Both the position numbers and the translations under genes were made by a program. A stretch of DNA of 57,113 nt from Candidatus Woesearchaeota archaeon (GTDB lineage Archaea; Nanobdellota; Nanobdellia; Woesearchaeales; CAXGTL01): assembly GCA_964012725.1 (NCBI GenBank), contig CAXGTL010000001.1:1-57113 (forward strand), in the 5' to 3' direction. The notes under the pieces are model-generated. The model saw only the letters and a program-made list of their open reading frames with translations, was not told the DNA's origin and did no database searches. This document shows, in pieces, positions 8,834 through 16,926 of the stretch (within the stretch, counting starts at the first letter, position 1; the number at the start of each line of letters is the position of its first letter).

Positions 8834-8874
8834 CTAACTAAAAATAATAACAAATAAAACTCTAAAGGTAAACT

Positions 8875-10098
8875 ATGTTATCAGACTATCTTATATTTAT
8901 TGTAAAAGGACTAGCTAGACGAAGATTACGAAGCTGGCTAACTATAATTGGTATATTTATAGGCATAGCAGCAGTTGTTTCTTTGATTGGCCTAGGTGAA
9001 GGTCTAAGATCAACAATAAATGACCAATTTGGATTTGTTGGAGCAGATGTAATCGTTGTTACTGCAAGTGGTGGATTAGGTCCACCTGGAACAGGTGTTG
9101 TTGATCCAGTTACAGAAAAAGAAATCAAAGCCATTGAAAAAATACCTGGTGTTGAAGGAGTCACAGGAAGAATCATAGAATCAGCTAAAATTGTTTTTAA
9201 TAATAAAGCAGGTTTTGGATTTGCAGCCAGTATGCCTGATGGTGAAGGCAGAGAATTAATAGAAGATGTCCTTAATATGAAATCTATCAAAGGAAGAATG
9301 TTAAAAGATGATGATTCAGGTTCTGTATTTATAGGATATGCATTTTATGAAGATGACGAAACTTATGATAAAATTGTTGATGTTGGTTCAAAAATAGAAA
9401 TTCTTGATAAAGAATTCAAAGTCATAGGTATTATGGAAAAAAAAGGCAATTTCCAGTTTGATGGTGCTGTTTTTATGAATGAAGATGACTTAAGAGATTT
9501 AGTTGACAGACAAGGTGATGATTATGATCTCATTCCTGTTAAATTTAATACAAACCTTGATGTAAGCAAAATTCAAATGGATATTGAAAAAAAATTAAGA
9601 AAAATAAGAGATGTTGATATTGGTGAAGAAGATTTTTCAGTTCAAACACCAACTTCTGTTATAGAAAGTGTTAATGAAACATTACTTGCTGTACAAATAT
9701 TTATTTACATAATTGCAAGTATATCATTATTAGTAGGTGGAATTGGAATAATGAACACTATGTATACATCTGTTGTTGAAAGAACTAAAGAAATTGGTAT
9801 AATGAAATCAATAGGTGCAAAGAATAGAACTATATTTATTCTGTTTTTTGTTGAATCAGGATTACTGGGGAGTGTAGGAGGCATAGTTGGAGCTATCCTG
9901 GGTTATATTGGTGCAACAAGTTTAGCTTATATTGGAAGTATTGCATTAGGATCAGATTTAATAAGTGCTCATATATCTTGGCAATTATTTGTTGGTTCAA
10001 TTTTATTTTCATTTATAGTTGGATCATTTTTTGGAACATTGCCAGCATGGAAAGCGTCTAAGTTAAACCCTGTAGATGCACTCCGATATGCAAAATGA
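8875..10098 (+). CDS. ABC transporter permease, FtsX/MacB family
   Basis: 407 aa. N-terminal TM, large extracytoplasmic domain, C-terminal 3-TM FtsX block with TKEIGIMKSIGAKN. Confidence 0.85.
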   Translation: MLSDYLIFIVKGLARRRLRSWLTIIGIFIGIAAVVSLIGLGEGLRSTINDQFGFVGADVIVVTASGGLGPPGTGVVDPVTEKEIKAIEKIPGVEGVTGRIIESAKIVFNNKAGFGFAASMPDGEGRELIEDVLNMKSIKGRMLKDDDSGSVFIGYAFYEDDETYDKIVDVGSKIEILDKEFKVIGIMEKKGNFQFDGAVFMNEDDLRDLVDRQGDDYDLIPVKFNTNLDVSKIQMDIEKKLRKIRDVDIGEEDFSVQTPTSVIESVNETLLAVQIFIYIIASISLLVGGIGIMNTMYTSVVERTKEIGIMKSIGAKNRTIFILFFVESGLLGSVGGIVGAILGYIGATSLAYIGSIALGSDLISAHISWQLFVGSILFSFIVGSFFGTLPAWKASKLNPVDALRYAK

Positions 10099-10166
10099 AA
10101 GAAAAATCACAATAATTATAAAAATAATAATGAAAAAATTAAAAACAATAAAAATACCAAAATAAA

Positions 10167-11387
10167 ATGATATTAGACATATTAAAATATTCAGTAAACA
10201 ATCTATTTCATAGAAAACTTAGAAGTTTTCTTAGTATTTTGTCCATTTTAATAGGTGTTACTGCAATATATGCATTAATCAGCTTTGGTCAAGGAATAAA
10301 TGCTTATATGGATGGATTTGCACAAGAAATGGGAACAGATAAAGTATTTTTAATGCCTGGTGGTGGTCTTACTCAAGCTCCAGGTACAAGTAATATATTA
10401 TTTTCAGAAGATGAATTGGATTTTGTTCGAAAAATCAATGGAGTTGATGAAGCAAGTGGAATGATGATTACAAATGGTAAAGTCAAGTACAAAGATTACA
10501 AAGAAAAATATCCTTTTGTAATAGGGATGTCGACTGATTCTAAAGAAAAAAAAATAATAGAAGAAATGTTTGCTGGAATAGAAATAATACAAGGAAGAAC
10601 TTTAAAAAAAGGAGATTTATTAAAAGCAACTTTAGGATATTCTTATATTATTCAAGATAGGATGTTTAAAAAAACAATGTCTGTTGGAGATAAAATTAAA
10701 GTCAATGATATAGAAATAGAAGTTGTTGGATTTTATGAAGAAGTTGGAAATCCTGGTGATGATTCAAATGTTTATTTATCTCAAGAAGGATTTACAGAAA
10801 TATTTGATATTGAAGATTTTGAATATATTTATGTAAGAACAGCTTATGATCAAAGTCCAACAGATGTATCTGCAAACATAAAAGAAAAATTTAGAAAACA
10901 TAGAAATCAAAAAGAAGGTGAAGAAGATTTTCAAGTTCAAACTTTTGAAGATATGATGGCAATATTTACAAATATAATTCTTGTTCTAAATGGAGTATTA
11001 GTAATCATTGCTTTGATTTCAATAATAGTTGCAGCAATTAATATAACAAACACTATGTATACTTCTATATTAGAAAGAACACAAGAGATTGGTGTTATGA
11101 AAGCAGTTGGTGCTAAAAATAAATTTATTTTATTAATATTTGTAATAGAGTCAGGACTTCTAGGACTTTTAGGTGGGACAATTGGAGTTATACTTGGTTA
11201 TGGAATTGCTAAATTAGGTGGTATAATAGCAGCAATGAATGGACTTTCTATGCTAAGACCAGGATTTCCATGGTGGTTAACAACTGGTTGTTTATTATTT
11301 GCATTCTTAGTTGGTGCAGGTTCTGGTTATTTGCCTGCAAAACAAGCAAGTAAATTACAAGCAACTGATGCTTTGCGATGGGAATGA
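10167..11387 (+). CDS. ABC transporter permease, FtsX/MacB family (second copy)
   Basis: 406 aa. Same architecture as the first permease; TQEIGVMKAVGAKN. Confidence 0.85.
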   Translation: MILDILKYSVNNLFHRKLRSFLSILSILIGVTAIYALISFGQGINAYMDGFAQEMGTDKVFLMPGGGLTQAPGTSNILFSEDELDFVRKINGVDEASGMMITNGKVKYKDYKEKYPFVIGMSTDSKEKKIIEEMFAGIEIIQGRTLKKGDLLKATLGYSYIIQDRMFKKTMSVGDKIKVNDIEIEVVGFYEEVGNPGDDSNVYLSQEGFTEIFDIEDFEYIYVRTAYDQSPTDVSANIKEKFRKHRNQKEGEEDFQVQTFEDMMAIFTNIILVLNGVLVIIALISIIVAAINITNTMYTSILERTQEIGVMKAVGAKNKFILLIFVIESGLLGLLGGTIGVILGYGIAKLGGIIAAMNGLSMLRPGFPWWLTTGCLLFAFLVGAGSGYLPAKQASKLQATDALRWE

Positions 11388-11452
11388 AACGACCGAAGTA
11401 ATGCTATGAATGAAGCAAAGCGGAATGAATATGCTTTGCGTTGGGAATGAAA
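11368..11452 (+). repeat. 22-nt direct repeat of the permease 3' end, spaced 63 nt apart
   Basis: ATGCTTTGCGATGGGAATGAAA (11368-11389) and ATGCTTTGCGTTGGGAATGAAA (11431-11452). Both encode ALRWE followed by a stop. The 20 codons between the two TGA codons are stop-free in frame. Confidence 0.8.
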
Positions 11453-11492
11453 TCACAGAAATAAACACAATAAAAGAAAAAAAAGAAAAAAA

Positions 11493-11906
11493 TTAAATTT
11501 GTGCTTGCCTATCACTCCAAGCAACTAATCCAGTAATTACTATGTGTGCTAAGTGTCCCAATAAACCAATCAATGGAATCAAAGCAACAACTAATGCTAA
11601 ACTTAACCAGCCTGGATAATTTCTTTGTTCATATATGTTCCATAACCACATGATCATGAAAACAAATCCTACTATTGGTACAAAGAATATAAATCCCCAT
11701 GCCCAATGTTTCTTTGCTAATATTGGAAGCAAAAAAATATTTGCAATTGGAATCCATGCAAGCCAAGCTTTTTCATAACCTAGTTTTTTAGCAATTGTCA
11801 TATACGCCCATGCAAAATAAACATATACTACAAGTATTATAAAAAAGAAAAGCATTCCTAAACCAGCTATTGCTCCTAACCCAAGCATACTAGCATAATC
11901 AACCAT
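11493..11906 (-). CDS. hypothetical integral membrane protein (about 4 TM helices)
   Basis: 137 aa, strongly hydrophobic. GGAGGATGATAAT lies upstream of the ATG. Confidence 0.6.
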   Translation of the reverse strand: MVDYASMLGLGAIAGLGMLFFFIILVVYVYFAWAYMTIAKKLGYEKAWLAWIPIANIFLLPILAKKHWAWGFIFFVPIVGFVFMIMWLWNIYEQRNYPGWLSLALVVALIPLIGLLGHLAHIVITGLVAWSDRQAQI

Positions 11907-12024
11907 ATTATCATCCTCCTTTTGTTTTGTATAATGTATTTAATTTATTGAACCTAATTAATATTGTTTTCATTCAATATAATCTTAATTAAAGAACAAG
12001 GATATTTAAATCTTTTGTAATAAT

Positions 12025-12158
12025 GTATATATTTAGTTAGTTGGCCTCAAGTTTGTTTTTGAGACCATCTTCCATCGTAAGATGTTCGAGGAACCGAAAA
12101 TATTTATTTTATTATATTACATTTTCGGTCAAGAAAACCTGGCCAACTAAATATATAC
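12025..12158 (-). ncRNA. candidate structured RNA (single copy), multi-stem with long closing helix
   Basis: GC-enriched island. GTATATATTTAG(TTAG)TTGGCC pairs with GGCCAACTAAATATATAC. Internal hairpins CATCTT/AAGATG, CCGAAAAT/ATTTTCGG and CTCAA/TTGAG. Two optional G-U pairs slightly favour the minus strand, so the strand assignment is uncertain. Confidence 0.4.
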
Positions 12159-12166
12159 TAAATTAT

Positions 12167-12529
12167 TTATATAAACTTAGTCTGAACCTTATCACTATAC
12201 TTAAACACATTTTTTTTGTTCAATGTTCTATGTACTTTTCTGTATGAATCAATTTCTTTATTGATTTTTTTAAAATATTCAAGACCACGATCTGTCAAAG
12301 TTAATGATTTATTTTTATATTTAATAAACTTATCTTTTTCTAATCTTTCTAAATTTTTGTACAAGGCTCTTTGCTTTTTTGAAACAATTCCAGAATTTAG
12401 AACTAATTGAATAAATGTTTGTTTTGATACTTTTACACTTAATGATTTCTTTTTAAGTTTTTTATTCGCTTCAACATACCACCTACCTAAAGTGTAGAGC
12501 ATGAATCTTTCTGTACGGGTAAGTTTCAT
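12167..12529 (-). CDS. hypothetical small basic protein (possible winged-helix DNA binder)
   Basis: 120 aa, K/R-rich. ATGA overlap with the upstream gene. Confidence 0.5.
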   Translation of the reverse strand: MKLTRTERFMLYTLGRWYVEANKKLKKKSLSVKVSKQTFIQLVLNSGIVSKKQRALYKNLERLEKDKFIKYKNKSLTLTDRGLEYFKKINKEIDSYRKVHRTLNKKNVFKYSDKVQTKFI

Positions 12530-13077
12530 TTTAACCTCATTCTTTTACTAGCTTGATATAATCTTAAAAAATCAACTAAAAATAAAGTTGATGTATAAAC
12601 ATTTACTAAAGATTGCTTTATTGAATAAACTCCTGAATCTTTTAATTTAGTATGAAAATATGGATCTGGTGGGATTTTATTTTTTTCCTCTTCTTTATCT
12701 TTTTTCTTTTTTATCCCCCAACTAATATGCAAACCTCTAGCAACATCTTTTGGAAGCCTTTTTAAAAAAGGTTCTGCTAAAAAATATTCATAAGAAAAAT
12801 CTCTTCCTTGAATATAAGTATTTTTCATTCTTCCGCTTGATGACCAATCAAACTCAACAATTAATTGCATTAATTCTAATGATTTTTGTTCATATGTATC
12901 TATCATAGAACTAGAAAAAAAACCTTTGACTCTTGACTTTTTAGGAGGATTATTCTTCATATGTTCAAATTCTTTTTTAGTCAAAAGACCTAAGTTAGCA
13001 GTAATTTTTGGTTTTAATTCTCTTACAGCAAATCTAAGTCCTGTTCTAAAGTTTTCTAATGTTATTTCTTCAGTCAT
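12526..13077 (-). CDS. hypothetical protein
   Basis: ORF track 12526..13101 (TTG start). I prefer ATG 13077, which is preceded by GGGGA. No motif recognised. Confidence 0.5.
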   Translation of the reverse strand: MTEEITLENFRTGLRFAVRELKPKITANLGLLTKKEFEHMKNNPPKKSRVKGFFSSSMIDTYEQKSLELMQLIVEFDWSSSGRMKNTYIQGRDFSYEYFLAEPFLKRLPKDVARGLHISWGIKKKKDKEEEKNKIPPDPYFHTKLKDSGVYSIKQSLVNVYTSTLFLVDFLRLYQASKRMRLK

Positions 13078-13160
13078 ATTTCCCCATAGAAAAGGAGTCA
13101 AACTTAGTTTATAAATTTAATTAAAGAAAATAAGAAAATAAAACAAAAAAGAAAATAAAA

Positions 13161-13270
13161 TGGGCCTGAAGGGACTTTCGTATCATAAAGATAATTCGAA
13201 CCCTCAATCCTCCGGTTTCTTTCAATAAAGTTAAGAGCCGGATGCTTTAACCAGGTTAAGCCACAAGCCC
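13161..13270 (-). tRNA. tRNA-Lys(CUU) with two introns
   Basis: Manual fold. Acceptor GGGCUUG/CAGGCCC; D arm GCUU/AAGC; anticodon stem UCCGG/CCGGA with loop CUCUUAA split by a ~15-nt intron at the canonical 37/38 site; T arm GAGGG-UUCGAAU then a ~20-nt insert (UAUCUUUAUGAUACGAAAGU) before CCCUU. Discriminator A; T-run downstream. Confidence 0.8.
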
Positions 13271-13273
13271 ATA

Positions 13274-13370
13274 CGCTGATGCCCGGATTTGAACCGGGAT
13301 ATCCGTAAGGAAACGAGATGACAGGAAATATTTTCCAGTCTCGCGCAGTACCAGGTTGTGCCACATCAGC
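13274..13370 (-). tRNA. tRNA-Ser(GGA) with one intron and long variable arm
   Basis: Acceptor GCUGAUG/CAUCAGC; anticodon stem CGAGA/UCUCG with loop CUGGAAA plus a ~13-nt intron; variable arm UUUCCUUACGGAUAU; T arm CCCGG-UUCAAAU-CCGGG. Confidence 0.85.
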
Positions 13371-13385
13371 AGTGTTCATTTTTTT

Positions 13386-13457
13386 GTATCCATGAGGAAA
13401 CGAGATGACAGGAAAGATTTTCCAGTCTCGCGCAGTACCAGGTTGTGCCATGTCGGC
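13386..13457 (-). pseudogene. tandem 5' fragment of a tRNA-Ser(GGA) gene (acceptor 5' strand through variable arm; no T arm or 3' acceptor strand)
   Basis: GCCGACAUGGCACAACCUGGUACUGCGCGAGACUGGAAAAUCUUUCCUGUCAUCUCGUUUCCUCAUGGAUAC aligns with the full gene 15 nt downstream. It has a different acceptor strand (GCCGACA vs GCUGAUG) and a different variable-arm loop. Confidence 0.7.
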
Positions 13458-13535
13458 TTATATATAGAAGAATTAAATCATTTCTTTATAAAGTTTTTTA
13501 TATAAGTTGAATAAAACAAAAAACAATTTAAAAAA

Positions 13536-14606
13536 TTAAGATTGTTCTCTAAGCATATTTGAATAATTTCTAAAGAATCTCCTTCTGTCTTTATATCTAG
13601 TAAACCCTCTTTTAATAGGTTGGAATAAATCAAGAATATCTTCATTAGAATAAACTTCTTCATTAACAACCATTTCCTTTTCAGGTTCCGGAGGGGAAAT
13701 CAAACCAATGTCTTCTAAAATAGTAACAACTTTATTTTTCATTTCCTTTTTAGAACAATAAGTACTATATGATGTAAAACTTTTAACATGATTAATAGAG
13801 GAATTAAAACTAAGATGTAACTTACTAATTTTCTTATTAACAAAATAACACTTAATAGGATTATGATGAAATGCTGAACATACTGCATAATTATTTTGAA
13901 TCTCTGATAGTGTCATATAATCTCTTACAGCAGTAAATAACCTTTGCATATCAGAATCACAAGTTATAACATTTATATTTTGATTATCAATTAGACATTT
14001 ATATAATGAAGATGCAACAATCTGTTCATCAGTCTTTAAATCTTTTTTTGTACTTAGACGATCTTTATACCTAAAAGAATAACTTCTTTTAACATCTGTA
14101 TTTTCTGATACAAATTCAACTAATTCTAAAAGTTTATCAAAAATAACATTGTCACTTAATTTTATTCTTCTTCTTTTTGCAACTCTTAAAACTTCTGAAT
14201 ATGTCCAACATAAATTATTAAATATTTGAGCATTCTCATCTGAATAAATATTTCCATTATCTTGAGAATGACTTCTATGCCTGCACTTCCTAGTTTCTTT
14301 TTTATTAAAATTTTTTAACTTTTCTCTAATAATTTGTTGAAATCTTGAAATTTCTTCTACAACTTTATTAACAGTAAATACCTTTTGATTTGATAATAAT
14401 TTAATAAAATCTTTATATTGGTCAACCTTACTATTAATAATTTATTTATCTAATTCATAAAAGAATCTACAAGGGTAAACACCATCATAATACCAATTAA
14501 CAGAATCTTCACAAACACCATTATCCACCATAATTAATTTTTCAGAACCTAAAATTTCTTCTAATGTAAATAATTTTCTTCCATTATTGTCCCTAATTAT
14601 AACCAT
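13536..14606 (-). pseudogene. PIN-like domain protein interrupted by one in-frame TAA
   Basis: My translation from ATG 14606 gives MVIIRDNNGRKLFTLEEILGSEKLIMVDNGVCEDS...ELDK, then TAA at 14444-14442. The same frame then continues open for 302 codons into track ORF 13536..13949. PIN-like acidic motifs MVDNG, DEQIVASS and ITCDSD. Confidence 0.6.
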
Positions 14607-14740
14607 ATAAAACTAAGAATCTTATATCTTTTTTAAAGATTTCGAAAAAGCATATGTTATATATACTTTTTTAAATATAATAAATTTACACAATCTTTAT
14701 ATATATCAACAACTATATAAGATTAAAGGGGTTGATAATT

Positions 14741-14989
14741 ATGGAAAAAACACAAATAGGTAAAATAACACATTTCTTTGACAAAATAAGCGTAGCTGTC
14801 ATCGAATTAACAGATACATTAAAGATAGGAGATAAGATCTTAATCGAAGGCCATGGTAATTCTTTTGAACAAGATGTTACATCAATGCAGATCGAGCATG
14901 ACAAAGTAGAAGAAGCTAAATCAGGTCAAAGTGTTGGAATGAAGACTGATCAACTGGTTAAAGTTGGTGATTTGGTGTTTAAGTTATAA
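14741..14989 (+). CDS. small beta-barrel protein (EF-Tu domain 2-like)
   Basis: Track 14732..14989. ATG 14741 is preceded by AGGGGT. 82 aa with IGDKILIEG and VKVGDLVFK strands, resembling translation-factor domain II. Confidence 0.5.
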   Translation: MEKTQIGKITHFFDKISVAVIELTDTLKIGDKILIEGHGNSFEQDVTSMQIEHDKVEEAKSGQSVGMKTDQLVKVGDLVFKL

Positions 14990-15011
14990 ATTTTTTTATT
15001 TTTTTAGAATT

Positions 15012-15320
15012 CTACTCAATCATTTCAATCTCAATATGAAGCCCTTCTGGTATAGGTACTCTCATAACTAAACGTAAAGCTCTTTCATCAAGACCTAAAT
15101 CTATAAGTCTTTTATGTATTCTCATTTCATATCTTTCAAAAGAAGCTTTTCCTTTACCACACGGAGTTTTACGTGTAGTTAATTTTAATTTTTTAGTAGG
15201 AAGAGGTATAGGTCCATGCATAACTACTCCTGTCTTATCTGCAATATTTGATATAAAATCACAAACACTGTTTATTTTTTCTATATTTGTACATGCTAGT
15301 TTTATTCTTGCTTTTTGCAT
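15012..15320 (-). CDS. rps10: 30S ribosomal protein S10 (uS10)
   Basis: 102 aa. Typical uS10 sequence (ARIKL...HGPIPLPTK...RLIDL). Lies downstream of aEF-1alpha, as in archaeal str-like clusters. Confidence 0.9.
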   Translation of the reverse strand: MQKARIKLACTNIEKINSVCDFISNIADKTGVVMHGPIPLPTKKLKLTTRKTPCGKGKASFERYEMRIHKRLIDLGLDERALRLVMRVPIPEGLHIEIEMIE

Positions 15321-15382
15321 ATTATGGCCTCATAATGAATTACATTCACCATGTAAAAAAATGAAATAAAAAAAAATTAAAT

Positions 15383-16663
15383 TTATTTTTGGACTAAATC
15401 AATACACATACCAGCTGCAACAGTTGTACCACTATCTCTAATTGCGAATCTTGATAACTGTGGTATTTCTTTTTGCTTTTCAATTACTACTGGTTGTACT
15501 GGTTTTAGTTTAACAATTGCTGCATCTCCGTTCTTAATAAAGTCAGGATTTTCTGCTAAAACTTCTCCAGTTGCTGGATTTAGTTTTTTCTCAATTGCTA
15601 CAACTCTACATGCAACTTGTGCAGTATGTATGTGGAATACTGGTGTGTAACCAACTGTGATTACACTTGGATGGTTTAATACAACCATTTGTGCTGTAAA
15701 TTCAGTTGCAACCATAGGAGGTTTACTTTCATGTCCTAATACATCTCCTCTTGCTAAATCCTTTTTACCAAATCCTCTAACTGAGAATCCAATATTGTCA
15801 CCTGGTTCAGCTTGTTGTATCTGTTCATGATGCATTTCTATAGTTTTTACTTCACCAACAACTCCTTTACCTTCTCTACCAGGCATTGCAATAACTTTGT
15901 CACCTATTTTCATTACACCTGTTTCAATTCTACCTACAGGTACAACTCCAATTCCAGTGATGTTATATACATCTTGTATTGGTAATCTTAATGGTAAATT
16001 AGTTGGTTTTTCTGGTTGTACTAGTTCATCTAATTGTTCTAATAATGTTTTTCCTGTGTACCAAGCCATGTTTTCAGATTTTTTAGCAACATTATCTCCA
16101 ACTAATGAAGCAATTGGTATAAATGCAATATCTTCAATTTTATATCCAACTGTTTGTAATAATGCTACTATACCTTTCTTAACTTCTTCAAATTTAGCTT
16201 GATCATACTTAACCATATCCATTTTATTAACAGCTATGATTAATTGATTAACACCAAGAGTTCTTGCTAAAAAGATATGCTCTTTAGTTTGAGCCATTAC
16301 ACCATCATTAGCAGCTACTACAACAACTCCTGCATCTGCTTGAGATGTACCAGTAATCATATTTTTAATAAAGTCCTTGTGCCCTGGAGCATCAATTACT
16401 GAGAAATAAAATTTAGGTGTTTCGAATTTCTTATAAGCTAAGTCAATTGTAACCCCTCTTTCTCTTTCTTCTTTTAAATTATCCATTACAAAAGCAAACT
16501 CAAAGCCGCCTTTACCAAGCTCTTCTGCTTTTTCTTTTAGTTTCCTCATTTCTTGTTCAGGTACATTTCCTGAATCAAATAATAATCTACCTACAGTAGT
16601 AGATTTACCATGATCAACATGTCCAATAAATACAAGATTCATGTGTGGTTTTCCTTTTGCCAT
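15383..16663 (-). CDS. tuf: translation elongation factor aEF-1alpha
   Basis: 426 aa. [18 protein letters not shown]. Confidence 0.97.
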   Translation of the reverse strand: MAKGKPHMNLVFIGHVDHGKSTTVGRLLFDSGNVPEQEMRKLKEKAEELGKGGFEFAFVMDNLKEERERGVTIDLAYKKFETPKFYFSVIDAPGHKDFIKNMITGTSQADAGVVVVAANDGVMAQTKEHIFLARTLGVNQLIIAVNKMDMVKYDQAKFEEVKKGIVALLQTVGYKIEDIAFIPIASLVGDNVAKKSENMAWYTGKTLLEQLDELVQPEKPTNLPLRLPIQDVYNITGIGVVPVGRIETGVMKIGDKVIAMPGREGKGVVGEVKTIEMHHEQIQQAEPGDNIGFSVRGFGKKDLARGDVLGHESKPPMVATEFTAQMVVLNHPSVITVGYTPVFHIHTAQVACRVVAIEKKLNPATGEVLAENPDFIKNGDAAIVKLKPVQPVVIEKQKEIPQLSRFAIRDSGTTVAAGMCIDLVQK

Positions 16664-16791
16664 ATTTAAATTTCCTCCAATTTATTTTTTTATTTTTATA
16701 TAAATATTATATATAATTCTATATATGAACGTTATATATAACTCTATATGTAGGTTTTGAATATCCCTTTATAAAGTTTGCTATTCTTACC

Positions 16792-16905
16792 TTGATGCAA
16801 CCCTTGCCTGTAAGGCCAGCAAGCCAATGTTAAATTTGTCAAACAAACTGGTGCTCTATTCGAGATTACAATGCTTAGAACAGGCTAGCGAAAGGGTTGT
16901 ATCAA
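16792..16905 (+). ncRNA. candidate structured RNA related to family B, between aEF-2 and aEF-1alpha
   Basis: GC-enriched island. 14-bp closing helix UUGAUGCAACCCUU/AAGGGUUGUAUCAA with one G-U pair that is valid only on the plus strand; next helix GCCUGU/ACAGGC. The 5' block GCCUGUAAGGCCAG resembles GCCUGUUAAGGCCAG at 25585. Confidence 0.45.
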
Positions 16906-16926
16906 TTTTGCTTGTTAACCAAATTC

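Noticed and set aside
12025-12158. Reading this element as an intron-containing or permuted tRNA.
   Set aside because: A 7-bp acceptor-like helix and a 6-bp stem with a 7-nt loop exist. However, there is no U33, no T-loop (UUCRA), no D-loop GG, and the arm order and spacing do not fit on either strand.
13104-13451. Track ORF of 115 aa with an internal repeat AQPGTARDWKIFPVISFP.
   Set aside because: It is the translation across the tRNA-Lys gene, the tRNA-Ser gene and the tRNA-Ser fragment. The peptide repeat simply mirrors the duplicated tRNA sequence.
14442-14444. In-frame TAA as evidence for an alternative genetic code.
   Set aside because: Many well-supported genes in the window terminate at TAA at the expected protein ends (for example the acidic mini-ORF, S28e and 12167..12529). 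TAA is therefore a normal stop here.
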